The notes under the pieces were generated by a model, which did not search any database, was not told the origin of the DNA, and saw only the letters and a list, made by a program, of their open reading frames with translations. From an uncultured bacterium (lineage in GTDB: Bacteria > Zixibacteria > MSB-5A5 > CAIYYT01), in contig CAVSCK010000003.1 in the NCBI GenBank assembly GCA_963726455.1, positions 672,001 through 736,000 on the forward strand: DNA of 64,000 nt, written 5' to 3'. A program made the translations under genes and the position numbers. Shown here one piece after another: positions 39,607-48,941 of this stretch (its first letter is position 1; each line of letters opens with the position of its first letter).

Positions 39607-41466
39607 TTAGTTTAGTGAAATCGGCGATCCCTTGACGGTAACCGGTCCTTTCCCGCTAATATCCATCATTGCCGCACTCTGTTGCAGGTTCCCCTGCGCA
39701 TCCAGCGTCATCATGCCGCTGCTTTTGACTTCGGCGCCGCCGCCGCCTGCTTTGATCTTGCAGGAAGTCTTGGCGTCAATCGACACGTTCTGCGCCTCCA
39801 ACTTGAAATCACCGTCGGCCTTAAGAGTAATATTACCTTTGACGGTGAGGTTGTAATCTTTATCGGCAGTGATGTTGATTGTATTCTCTTTCGAATCTAT
39901 GATCATCGTGTTCTTGCCGGTGCGATCTATAATCTTGATCTTACCCGAGCCATCTTTATCATCGATGGCGATCTGGTGCCCCGAACGTGTATAGATAACC
40001 TTGAGATCATTCTTGCTGGCTTCGCCGTCGCTGCCCTTCGGATCGATTGCACTTTGCGGCGGCTTGTCGGTGCCATTCCACATCGCCCCCAGCACGATCG
40101 GCATGTTGGGATCGCCCATTTCAAAGGCGACCAAAACCTCGTCCGCAATTTCGGGCATGAAGTAGATACCTCTATTATTTCCGGCATACCCACTGATCGT
40201 GCGCAGCCAGGGACTGATCAGGTCGCTGCCATTTTCACCCTTGGCAGGGAATTTTACTTTGACGCGTCCGCGTAAGTCCGGATCAACATTATCGGTGACG
40301 ATCGCGGTTATCGGATCGGTACGCACTTCATGCTTGACCTGCGGCCAGGGCGGACAGGCGCTTTCCAGCGGGCTTGCGGTCACAAAATTATGGTAATCGG
40401 TGCCGGTCTCGATATGGTGCATGATTGAGGTTATGATAAAGACGCCCGTGTAGGTGTCGCCCATGCCTTCAAGTTGAATCGCGTCCCCAACCTTCAGTGA
40501 CGGGACGTTAGTTTGCAGGTGACATTCAGTCAACGAGCCAAGTTGCTCGGCCTGCATCGCTTCCGTGACTTGCTTTTCTTGCGCCGCCTTGGAATCGCCG
40601 CGCGTGGGAAGTATCGCTGACGACACCTTGCCCATATTCTGTCCCGAGGCGTTGTAGGCCTTCTTGGCTATCCCCGAGAATTGCGTTTGGGGAGCCGGCT
40701 GGTTCTTTTCGATTACGCTCTTGGCGGCCTCGTCCCAGGTGTAGTTCTTGTACTTGAAGCCGGTCACATTCATTTTGAGATTCGCCGAGCCAATGTGTTT
40801 CTGCCAGGTCAGAGTATGAGTGTTCCGGCTTTTCTTCTCCTCGACGACCAGCTTCTTGCCGTCATAGAACACCCAGCCCGGATAAGTCTTCCATCCAGAT
40901 GTCAGATATTCCCAGTCGGTCAAGCCCCATTTGGTCCAGAAATCTCTGGTGGCGGCGCCGCTAACTGAGATTGACCCGGTATCGATATTGTATTGACCCA
41001 TAATCGTGCGGACGATGTCCTCAAATGACATATTCTCAAAGAAGACGTATCCCCGGCTCTGATCGGTGAGAATCGTCGGGCTCATGGCTTCGATTACGAT
41101 TCTGTTCATTTCACCGCCGGTGTTGGAAAACCCGACGTTCGTAATCAATCCAAAAAATTCAAGTGCCTCTCCGGCGGCGACATACTCGTCGGCGGGAGTG
41201 ATCTTAAGACTCACGCTTTTGCCGATCGTATCCTGATACTTGGTGGTCGACACAAACTCCCGGCCCTGGTTGGCGGCCTCGATGTCGAGCGAAAATTCCA
41301 GCACCAACCGATGATGAGCAAAGACGCTTTGCTCAAGCCGGAACGACTGCAACGGCCAGTTGACGGCGACGTTGGCTATCATAACCGTGGCTGACACCAC
41401 GCAGCGTGAGTGCACGTCGGCTTCAGTCATTTGCGGTCGGTTACTATTGGGATCAAGTTCCGGCAT
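39607..41466 (-). CDS. vgrG: VgrG spike protein (Bacteroidota-type, no C-terminal extension)
   Basis: gp27-like N-terminus; gp5 OB fold 'A.VTDN.DP..RGRVKVKFP...SPWLR....AG..RG.YFMPE..DEVLVAFE.GDP..P.VLG.MWNG'; 'TRSGH.I..DD'; beta-helix ending ISLN. Confidence 0.92.
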   Translation of the reverse strand: MPELDPNSNRPQMTEADVHSRCVVSATVMIANVAVNWPLQSFRLEQSVFAHHRLVLEFSLDIEAANQGREFVSTTKYQDTIGKSVSLKITPADEYVAAGEALEFFGLITNVGFSNTGGEMNRIVIEAMSPTILTDQSRGYVFFENMSFEDIVRTIMGQYNIDTGSISVSGAATRDFWTKWGLTDWEYLTSGWKTYPGWVFYDGKKLVVEEKKSRNTHTLTWQKHIGSANLKMNVTGFKYKNYTWDEAAKSVIEKNQPAPQTQFSGIAKKAYNASGQNMGKVSSAILPTRGDSKAAQEKQVTEAMQAEQLGSLTECHLQTNVPSLKVGDAIQLEGMGDTYTGVFIITSIMHHIETGTDYHNFVTASPLESACPPWPQVKHEVRTDPITAIVTDNVDPDLRGRVKVKFPAKGENGSDLISPWLRTISGYAGNNRGIYFMPEIADEVLVAFEMGDPNMPIVLGAMWNGTDKPPQSAIDPKGSDGEASKNDLKVIYTRSGHQIAIDDKDGSGKIKIIDRTGKNTMIIDSKENTINITADKDYNLTVKGNITLKADGDFKLEAQNVSIDAKTSCKIKAGGGGAEVKSSGMMTLDAQGNLQQSAAMMDISGKGPVTVKGSPISLN

Positions 41467-41497
41467 TTGTTCCTCTGGTTTTGTCCGTGTGGCGGCT

Positions 41498-41534
41498 AAA
41501 AGAGCGGGAAGGGAGCGTGTACTCGCCTTCCCGC
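41498..41534 (-). terminator. Internal terminator-like hairpin between hcp and vgrG
   Basis: GCGGGAAGG...CCTTCCCGC stem followed by TCTTTT on the minus strand. Confidence 0.65.
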
Positions 41535-41558
41535 CACTATCTCAGTGCCCCGATGGGC

Positions 41559-41973
41559 TCATTTGCCTTTCCAGTCCTTCTTGTACTCGACACCGTTGAC
41601 ATCCACCAACTCGGCGGAAATCTCGAAGTACTCGTACATCTGCTCGTTCGGCATGGCCGACGTGGACGGAACGTGCTCTTCGTAGTGCGTGACAAAGCCG
41701 TTCTGCCACTTGAGAACCTTCAGTTCCTTCTTCAGGTTGGGATCCTTGAAGGTGATCTCACCGGCCTTGCGATTGACCTGCGAAGAGTCAAATGCCCAGC
41801 TGCGCGATGCCGACGTTGTCATCTGACTCGCGGCTGATCTTGATCTTCAGACCACACGGGATCGAACTGGGCTTGCCGTCCGTGGTGTCATGAGGCGTGA
41901 AGATTTCATAACTGACCGAGCGCACTTTGTCGAACTTCTCGCCGTCAATCTTGAGTTCTACTTCTTGTGCCAT
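41559..41973 (-). CDS. hcp: T6SS tube protein Hcp/TssD (Bacteroidota-type), one +1 frameshift near 41799
   Basis: Joined 137-aa product has 'DGKPSSIPCGLKIKISRES', 'GEITFK......K.LKWQNGFVTHYEE' and 'ISAE...VNG..Y.KDW', matching the T6SS-iii TssD pattern. Confidence 0.85.
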
Positions 41974-42082
41974 TGGTTGGCTTCCTCCTACTATCGTTTA
42001 CAGTCTCTGTTTCTCTGTTTCTGGGCTTCTTCCTGCCGCTTTCACCCATAACTGTCGAGATACCCCTCGGAGCGGTTCAGAA

Positions 42083-43497
42083 TTATTTTACCGCCGCCTG
42101 ACCCGACTCGTCGACCAGCGCTTCCAGCTTGACGACGTACTGCTTGATCGGCGTCTTGGTGTTGAGCGCCACTTCCAGCAACATCTGCTGGTTTTCGATC
42201 ATTTCGTTGGTCGCAATCACGTTGCAGGTAAAACCGTTGATCACTTTGTTCCGCTGCAGCAGACTCAGGAACTTGTTCAGATCGCCGTCGATCGACTTCT
42301 TCAGCTTGTCGTCGAAAGCCCTTGTAGACCTGCTGGTTGAGATAATTGCGCATCGTCTTGTAGATGTAATCGTAGGTGCGCTTGATCGTATAGTTGCGGA
42401 ACTTGGGATCCTTGCTCAGCGTGTCGGCGCCCATCGCCACGACATCACCCACATCACCCTGCCAGTTGAGCACGCAGTTGACACCCTTCTCGTTGATCTT
42501 GGTATTCTTGGCTTCCGACAATTTGATTCGAGTTCGCGAAACTCCGCCCAGCTTGCCGTTGGCTTTACCGGCGGACGGCGCCTGGATACCGATCTCGTTA
42601 TCATTTTTGTATATCAGGCCGGCTACCATCGGTGACGGCGGCAGCCACATCGCTTCTTTGTCGAAACGGCTTTCCGGCTTCTCGGCCTTGACGTAGTTGC
42701 CGAATACCGAGATGTACGCCTTGTACTCGTCGTTGCCACGCAGATCATCGTAAGCCGGATCGTCCAATTCGTCCGACCAGTTCTTCGTAAGTGTCGAAAT
42801 GTTTGAAGTCGGTCAGAATGTGCAGCTTGTTCGGCAGTCCCATATCGCGGGCGACCGTATCGATGTCTTTCACTGACCCCAGATAACCGGGAATAGCAGC
42901 AGAGGGCGTAGCTGTTCTTGATGTCGTAAAGCCCGTAGATATCGTGAATCTGCCGGTTGATATACTCGAACTTTTCACGATCGTTTGGATCGGTCAGATC
43001 GCTGATACCGACATTGGCGAAATAGGCATAGATTTCCGAATCCGGGCGCGCCGCAGCGTTCTGGAAGAACAGATCGATGCCGCGGATAGGCGGTTTCCAG
43101 CGGACGAATCGTTTCGTGAATGTTCTTCATGTTCTCGACGAGATTCTTGTCCGCCGCTTCTGATCATGTTGTCCAGTTTGTCCTTGAATTCGTCAGAGGT
43201 GACGTCATTCGGCCCTAACTGTTCAGCCCAAACTTGCAGACGCTGTTTCAGTTGGTTACGGCGATCTTTGAATTCGTCGGAAGTGAGAAACTTATTAAAT
43301 GATTCGTTCTTGGGATCGAGGAACTTTACACCCTCGATGTGTAAACCATCCTGGCTCTTGAAATGAGACAGGTGGTCTTTGACAAGCTCGTAGCCGACAA
43401 AACCGACTCCGAGGATGTCTTTTAGGTCAGCTTTTTCCTTGACCTTGGCTTCGGCTTGTGCCGATTCCTTTTGCAGATCTTTTTCTTCGTCAGCCAT
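42083..43497 (-). CDS. tssC: T6SS sheath large subunit TssC (DUF5458-type), five +1 frameshifts
   Basis: Reconstructed 469-aa product contains 'IRPLETAYRGIDLFFQN', 'AIPGYLGS', 'LTDF', 'LPPS..VAGLIY', 'AGK.NG' and 'RTYDYIYK'; insertions near 43161, 43085, 42901, 42774 and 42315. Confidence 0.85.
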
Positions 43498-43514
43498 GAC
43501 TTCCTCGCAGCGGT

Positions 43515-43970
43515 TTACAGTTGATCGATATATGATTTAATGACCTTCATGAATTCCGCCTTCTTCTCCGGCGATGACAGGTCTTTTTTCAGCTTGGAAT
43601 TCGGTTTTTCCAGCAGGTTTTTCAGATTGCGCAGGATTTCCACTTCGTTGTACTTCGACTGAAGGTACTCATTCTTCTGAATGATCTCCATCGAACCGAA
43701 ATCCTTCATCGCGTTGAATTCCAGTTCGACCGTTTCTTCCGAGCCATCCTGCTTCTGGACGGTAACTTCCTGCGACGGACGGAAGGTCGTGAAGACTTCC
43801 TTGAGATTCTTGCAGCGGGTCAATTCCGGTTCGCTCTCTTCGCGCGAATTCAATTTGGTCAAGTAGACCATTTTGTTCGACGGAAGCAGATCGACCGGAA
43901 TAGAATCGCTCTTTTCCTTGTACTCCGTAGTGCCGATATGGGGAGCGGCAATACGATACTGGTCTGCCAT
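43515..43970 (-). CDS. tssB: T6SS sheath small subunit TssB (Bacteroidota-type)
   Basis: 'EVFTTFRPSQEV......G......EF..MKDF' and terminal 'LSSPEKKAEF...I' match the T6SS-iii TssB pattern; AGGAGG RBS. Confidence 0.82.
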   Translation of the reverse strand: MADQYRIAAPHIGTTEYKEKSDSIPVDLLPSNKMVYLTKLNSREESEPELTRCKNLKEVFTTFRPSQEVTVQKQDGSEETVELEFNAMKDFGSMEIIQKNEYLQSKYNEVEILRNLKNLLEKPNSKLKKDLSSPEKKAEFMKVIKSYIDQL

Positions 43971-43986
43971 ATAACCTCCTTAGAAT

Positions 43987-45060
43987 CTATACTTTCACAA
44001 TTTCAAATTCGTCTTTGTTCATCCGCACTTCGACCTGCGAACCTTCCGGAAAGCGGCCGTCAATGATCGCCATCGAGAGCGGATTGAGAATCTCCTTTTC
44101 AATAAGCCGCTGCAATGGGCGCGCACCCATTTCGAAATTATACCCCCGGTCAGCCAGCGCCTTCTTGGCGTCAGCCGCACAGGTAATGGTCATCTTCTGA
44201 TCTTTAAGAATTCCATTGATCACTTTCAACTGGATATCGACGATAGCGCCGATGCCGACTTCTGACAACGGCCGGAAGATAATCCATTCCAGACGGTTCA
44301 GAAATTCGGGACGGAACTTGGTCTTCAGCACGTTCATCATTTCTTCCCGCTCGACCGGCTTGTTTTCGCGATAACAGTCCAGAATATAGTGGGCGCCGAA
44401 GTTCGAGGTCAGAATTATCATCGCGTTGGTGAAATCGATCGTGTTCCCCTGCCCGTCGGTCAGTCGGCCGTCGTCCATGATCTGCAGCATGATGTTGAAA
44501 ACATCGGGGTCCGCCTTTTCGACTTCGTCGAAAAGTACTACCGAAAAAGGATTGCGCCGCACTTTTTCGGTCAACAAACCACCCTGATCGTAGCCGACAT
44601 ATCCCGGCGGCGCGCCGATCAGCTTGGCGACGGAGTGCTTCTCCATATATTCCGACATATCAAACCGGACGATATTCGATTCATCGTTAAAAAGATATTC
44701 CGCCAATGTCTTCGCCAATTCGGTCTTGCCGGTACCGGTCGGTCCCAGGAATAGGAATGAGCCAATCGGGCGGTTATGCCGCTTGATTCCCGAGCGGGAA
44801 CGCCGTACCGCTTCCGAAATTGTCTTGATCGCGGAATCCTGGTCGACCACGCGTTTCTGCAGGTAGTCTTCCATATGCAGCAGCTTGGTCTTTTCATCTT
44901 CCATCATTCGCGACACCGGAATTTTGGTCCAGCGGGAAATGACAAAGGCCACGTCTTCAGGAGACAGTGTGGGATCGGTCTTGAAGACGAACTGTTCCAG
45001 TCGCTCCATCTTCTGAATGTTTTCCTTAAACCTGCTTATTTGCGTTTGTTCTTTTTCCAT
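43987..45060 (-). CDS. ClpV/TssH C-terminal half (AAA+ D2)
   Basis: SRWTKIPV, Walker A GPTGTGKT, pore loop GAPPGYVGY, Walker B LFDEVEKA and GARPLQR; no IGF loop. Confidence 0.88.
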   Translation of the reverse strand: MEKEQTQISRFKENIQKMERLEQFVFKTDPTLSPEDVAFVISRWTKIPVSRMMEDEKTKLLHMEDYLQKRVVDQDSAIKTISEAVRRSRSGIKRHNRPIGSFLFLGPTGTGKTELAKTLAEYLFNDESNIVRFDMSEYMEKHSVAKLIGAPPGYVGYDQGGLLTEKVRRNPFSVVLFDEVEKADPDVFNIMLQIMDDGRLTDGQGNTIDFTNAMIILTSNFGAHYILDCYRENKPVEREEMMNVLKTKFRPEFLNRLEWIIFRPLSEVGIGAIVDIQLKVINGILKDQKMTITCAADAKKALADRGYNFEMGARPLQRLIEKEILNPLSMAIIDGRFPEGSQVEVRMNKDEFEIVKV

Positions 45061-45098
45061 ATTTCCCACTCAGTTTGATCGTGCTATCAAAGCAACGC

Positions 45099-46517
45099 TT
45101 ACTTGACCCGATCTTTCCAGGGTGCAAAGAGCTCATCGAATTCTTCATTAAACGCCTGTAGCTTCGACTTGATTTCCGGAGCGATCTTGGCGTCACTGTC
45201 GGTCTTAATACTGTCGCCTAGTTCCTGATTTAGTTCAGCGGCCATCTTCTTCAGCCCTTCCAGACTGTTTTTTGTGCGCGTACAGTTGAGTCGGAACGAC
45301 GCACAGGCCTCATCCAAAAGATCAATGGCCTTGTCGGGAAGGAAGCGGTCGCCGATGTATCGTTGCGACAGCCGAATTGACTCGTCCACGACCGAATCGG
45401 GAATGGCCAGACTGTGATGCTTGCTATACACGTTTCGGACGCCGGCCAGGATTTCCTGGGCTTCGTTGAATTTCGGCTCTTCCACCATCACACGTTGGAA
45501 ACGCCGATCAAGCGCCTTATCCTTTTCGATATATTTGCGATATTCTTCGTTCGTAGTCGCACCGATAACCTTAAACGCACCGCGTGCCAGTGCCGGTTTC
45601 AGCAGGTTCGCTGCATCCATACCACCGGCAGGATTGCCCGCCCCTACCAGCGTATGCACCTCATCGATGAACAATACGAGGTTACCTTTGCCTTTGGACA
45701 ATCTGGATACGAGGTTGTTGAATCTTTCCTCGAATTCGCCTTTATATTTGGCTCCAGCCACCAATTGTCCCAAATCGAGATTTAGAATGACTGAATCGTG
45801 AAGTTCGGGGGTGGTCTGCTTGTTGACGATCTGTAGCGCCAGTCCTTCCACCAGAGCCGACTTGCCAACTCCCGGCGGACCAACCAGAATCGGGTTGTTT
45901 TTCCGGCGGCGAATCAGCACCCGGCTGATATTGTAAATATCTTCCTGCCGCCCAAAAAAGTTGTCCAGCTCGCCTTTGCGGGCCTTCTCCGTAAGGTCTA
46001 CGCAGTACTTTACACCTTCGATGCCGACAGCGGTTTCACCGTCCTCGGTCGTGACCTGTGTTCCAGCGATTGACTGCACGACCTTCATGTCAGCCATCGC
46101 GTCAATTATCTTGCCTTCATCGAAATCGAGTCGGCGTAGGATTTGTTCCGATAGTGGCGAATCCTTTGAGACCAGCACCATCAGCACATGCTCTGGACGA
46201 ACTTCGGAATCGGAGTACTTCTCGGCTTTGTTGCCGGACGCAACCAACAGAGACTGCAGCGCCGGAGCTGCGGCGGGTTTGACTTCGTCGGTGGACAGCT
46301 TGCGCATTTTCGACAACTCATCCGCCAGCAAAGCTTCAAAATACTCGGGCTTCTTCCCAAGTTGCTTGAAAATGGCAGCGAGTTCGCCCCCTTCGTCGCG
46401 CAGCAACACGAGGAAGAAGTGGTTGGGAGTGATCTCGGCATGGAAGTAACTCTTCGCAAGTTCCTGAGCCCGCCGAATGCAATTTGTCAAGGTCGCAGAA
46501 TACGATCCTAAATCCAT
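45099..46517 (-). CDS. ClpV/TssH N-terminal half (Clp-N repeats plus AAA+ D1)
   Basis: [43 protein letters not shown] and [14 protein letters not shown] motifs; ends at TAA 45099. Confidence 0.88.
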   Translation of the reverse strand: MDLGSYSATLTNCIRRAQELAKSYFHAEITPNHFFLVLLRDEGGELAAIFKQLGKKPEYFEALLADELSKMRKLSTDEVKPAAAPALQSLLVASGNKAEKYSDSEVRPEHVLMVLVSKDSPLSEQILRRLDFDEGKIIDAMADMKVVQSIAGTQVTTEDGETAVGIEGVKYCVDLTEKARKGELDNFFGRQEDIYNISRVLIRRRKNNPILVGPPGVGKSALVEGLALQIVNKQTTPELHDSVILNLDLGQLVAGAKYKGEFEERFNNLVSRLSKGKGNLVLFIDEVHTLVGAGNPAGGMDAANLLKPALARGAFKVIGATTNEEYRKYIEKDKALDRRFQRVMVEEPKFNEAQEILAGVRNVYSKHHSLAIPDSVVDESIRLSQRYIGDRFLPDKAIDLLDEACASFRLNCTRTKNSLEGLKKMAAELNQELGDSIKTDSDAKIAPEIKSKLQAFNEEFDELFAPWKDRVK

Positions 46518-46570
46518 ATGCTTCCTACCGTCTTTTCTGAACTATGTGCATTTAATGCGCTTAGCGATCT

Positions 46571-46599
46571 AACTTACCGCTCGCCATGTCAAGTGTCAA
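46571..46599 (-). promoter_or_regulatory. Candidate sigma70 promoter of the T6SS operon, TTGACA-17-TAAGTT
   Basis: Two tandem TTGACA hexamers (46594-46599 and 46587-46592); the distal one is 17 nt from TAAGTT. Confidence 0.55.
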
Positions 46600-46847
46600 G
46601 GTTTTAGTTAGTTCAATTTCCCTAGTTAGCTAAACCGGCACAAAAACTTACCCAGTCAATATCCGCCACAAGTAAGGTATTTTCTGAAGGCACTGAGTCG
46701 CGGAGCGCCAATGGCTTAACGTATTCGCAGTGCTCCTTGTTTGCCGGCGTGCCTGTTTCCCCCAATCTTCGAATTTTGCTTTTCCAAACTGTCGCCTGGT
46801 GGTAAACTGCCGTCATCGGTGGCGTCAGCCCGGAAAGGTCAGTAATT

Positions 46848-47909
46848 GTGCAGTATTCTCCAGCCCAGCGATCTTGCATAGCCATTCTACCGCAAGTTTC
46901 GCGCTCGTTCGCCCTCAATATACGGGTTCTCGGGGGCGACCTGTACTGGTCCGTGCTGACGGCCTATTTATTCTGCCGCATAGTCGATACGGTCGAGGAT
47001 TCCGAGCAGCTATCCAGCGACACCCGGGAAAAATTGCTGACTGAGTACATCGGATTGTTCAAAAGCCGGGACATCTCAATCAGTCAGGTCGGTAAGTGGG
47101 CTACCACATTTGGCTCAAACGACGAGAGCAACCCTGAGCACGTGCTGATTGCGAAGTGCCCTTCAGTTTTCGAAGTGTTTCTCCAACTGCCTGATTCATC
47201 CAGACAGGCGATATCAGAATGCGTCATCGAGATGGCCACCGGCATGCGAAAAGCTGTCGCCGGCGGGCCCGCTGACGGAAAACTACATGTTTTGGAGACC
47301 ATGGCGGAACTGGAGGAATACTGCTACTACGTCGCCGGAACCGTCGGCAAAATGCTGACCCGGCTGTTTGTGTCGCATTCGCCGTCGATCAAACCCTCTA
47401 TTGTCAGGAAACTTGAACAATTGCAGGTGTCGTTTGCGCTGGGATTGCAGATGACCAATATCATCAAGGATTGTCATGACGATTTCGAGCGCGGTTGGTG
47501 TTATGTACCGGTCGAAATCGCGCAGAAACACGACGCCTCGATTGTAGAATTCCTTGAATTGCAAAATCGCGAAAGGTCGCTGAAGACTCTTGACGAGCTT
47601 ATCCGGGAGGCGGCGCGGCATCTCGATGACGCGATATCCTACACGCTGCTGATACCGCGCCGGGAAGTCCGAATGCGGCTTTTCAATCTCTGGTCGTTAT
47701 TCTTCGCCATCAAGACATTAAACATGTCGTTTCACAACGCTGACTTGTTAACCGGTGAGCGGAAAGTCAAAATATCGAGGTTTGAAGTCTACCGGACGTT
47801 GGTACAGACTGGCTTGAGAGTCTTCAGCAACTCGCTGCTGCGGTCGCTATACAAAAAACTCCGCGCCAAAATACCGGACAAAGCCGCAGATTTGATGTCA
47901 CAGATATAG
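46848..47909 (+). CDS. Squalene/phytoene synthase family protein
   Basis: VSRSFAL, DTVED, YCYYVAGTVG and GLQMTNIIKD..DD..RG motifs. Confidence 0.88.
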   Translation: MQYSPAQRSCIAILPQVSRSFALNIRVLGGDLYWSVLTAYLFCRIVDTVEDSEQLSSDTREKLLTEYIGLFKSRDISISQVGKWATTFGSNDESNPEHVLIAKCPSVFEVFLQLPDSSRQAISECVIEMATGMRKAVAGGPADGKLHVLETMAELEEYCYYVAGTVGKMLTRLFVSHSPSIKPSIVRKLEQLQVSFALGLQMTNIIKDCHDDFERGWCYVPVEIAQKHDASIVEFLELQNRERSLKTLDELIREAARHLDDAISYTLLIPRREVRMRLFNLWSLFFAIKTLNMSFHNADLLTGERKVKISRFEVYRTLVQTGLRVFSNSLLRSLYKKLRAKIPDKAADLMSQI

Positions 47910-47938
47910 TTTCGGGCAGGCAAAACTCGAAAGCTTAG

Positions 47939-48652
47939 CTAACGATTATTCATCGTCGCTGGGCCCTGGAAATTCGTGTCGTAGTTCCGGCGAAACTTGT
48001 TGACCATGATATGGGCCAGACGTAGCGGCTCCGGAAGTCGATAACCGCGCAGCAGGTCAATGATAGTCTTGACCGCAACTTCAACATCGACCTTGTGACC
48101 CGGCGACACGTAAAGCGGCTTAACTCCCTCTCGTGACCTGATGGAGCGTCCCACCTCGACATTACCGTTGAAGATAGCGGCGGTATCACCGACCTCGTTG
48201 CCCACCGGTTCGGCCGTCCCGCATAGCAACTTCTTGGCGCAGCCAATGGTCGGCATCTCAAGCATAATTCCCATTAACGAGGCCATACCGATGCCTTTGG
48301 GGTGATCAATACCGTGCCCGTCAAAGATAAAGCAGTCGGGGACGAATTTCAACCGGCTTAACGCCTTGAAAATGATAGGACCTTCGCGGAAGAAGAACAG
48401 TCCCGGCACAAACGGGAAAGTAACCTCTCCCTGTCCGCGAACCCGTTCAAGCAACTCCATTTCGGGCACTTTCATGACAACTACAACGGCAAATGCCGTA
48501 TTGTCTTTCTTGGAATAGGCAACGTCCACACCGCCGACCAGTCTGAAGCTGTTCTTTTCCGGCTTGGTAATAACTTCGCTGCGATATCTATCGAGAGTCT
48601 TTTCCGCCTCGCGGACGTCATCCGTCCAGATATGGGGACGAGAAAACTTCAT
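47939..48652 (-). CDS. nfi: Endonuclease V
   Basis: GGVDVAY, FVPGLFFFRE, DGHGIDHP, IGCAK, PLYVSPGH and YRLPEPLR.AH motifs. Confidence 0.9.
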   Translation of the reverse strand: MKFSRPHIWTDDVREAEKTLDRYRSEVITKPEKNSFRLVGGVDVAYSKKDNTAFAVVVVMKVPEMELLERVRGQGEVTFPFVPGLFFFREGPIIFKALSRLKFVPDCFIFDGHGIDHPKGIGMASLMGIMLEMPTIGCAKKLLCGTAEPVGNEVGDTAAIFNGNVEVGRSIRSREGVKPLYVSPGHKVDVEVAVKTIIDLLRGYRLPEPLRLAHIMVNKFRRNYDTNFQGPATMNNR

Positions 48653-48888
48653 TGCGTGTCCTTTTCACTTTCTGAAATGCATCATGTAGACGCGAACTTT
48701 GCGGCAGATTTCCAGGCGATCGCTTTATCGAGGCCTGATCGCCGCGCCCAGATCCTTTATTCAAATCCATTATACAAAGCTAGAATACCAAGTTCAAGAA
48801 ATGTTTTGCGTCCTTGCTGACCACTTCTTAGTACGTAACTTGCCTGCCGAACGTGCAATTGAATATGAATCCCCGATAAGGTCTTTTG

Positions 48889-48917
48889 TTGATTTTCTCA
48901 ACCTCCTGCGCTACACT
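48889..48917 (+). promoter_or_regulatory. Sigma70-type promoter TTGATT-17-TACACT
   Basis: Lies upstream of the AGGAG RBS and ATG 48942. Confidence 0.5.
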
Positions 48918-48941
48918 TACGTAGTGTCAGGAGTGCGAATC

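Noticed and set aside
41559-43497. Programmed frameshifting or phase variation in tssC/hcp
   Set aside because: No slippery heptamers or long homopolymer/SSR tracts at the six sites, and five successive recoding events in one gene are implausible.
31398-46517. Interpretation as a prophage tail, tailocin or eCIS (Afp/PVC)
   Set aside because: It has a two-gene TssB/TssC sheath, TssK and a Clp-family ATPase, and no recognisable tape measure, tail fibre, Afp15-type ATPase, capsid or lysis genes.
43987-46517. Housekeeping clpB or clpC
   Set aside because: It is the first unit of the T6SS operon, 16 nt from tssB, has no long ClpB M-domain and no ClpP-binding IGF loop; TssH/ClpV fits better.
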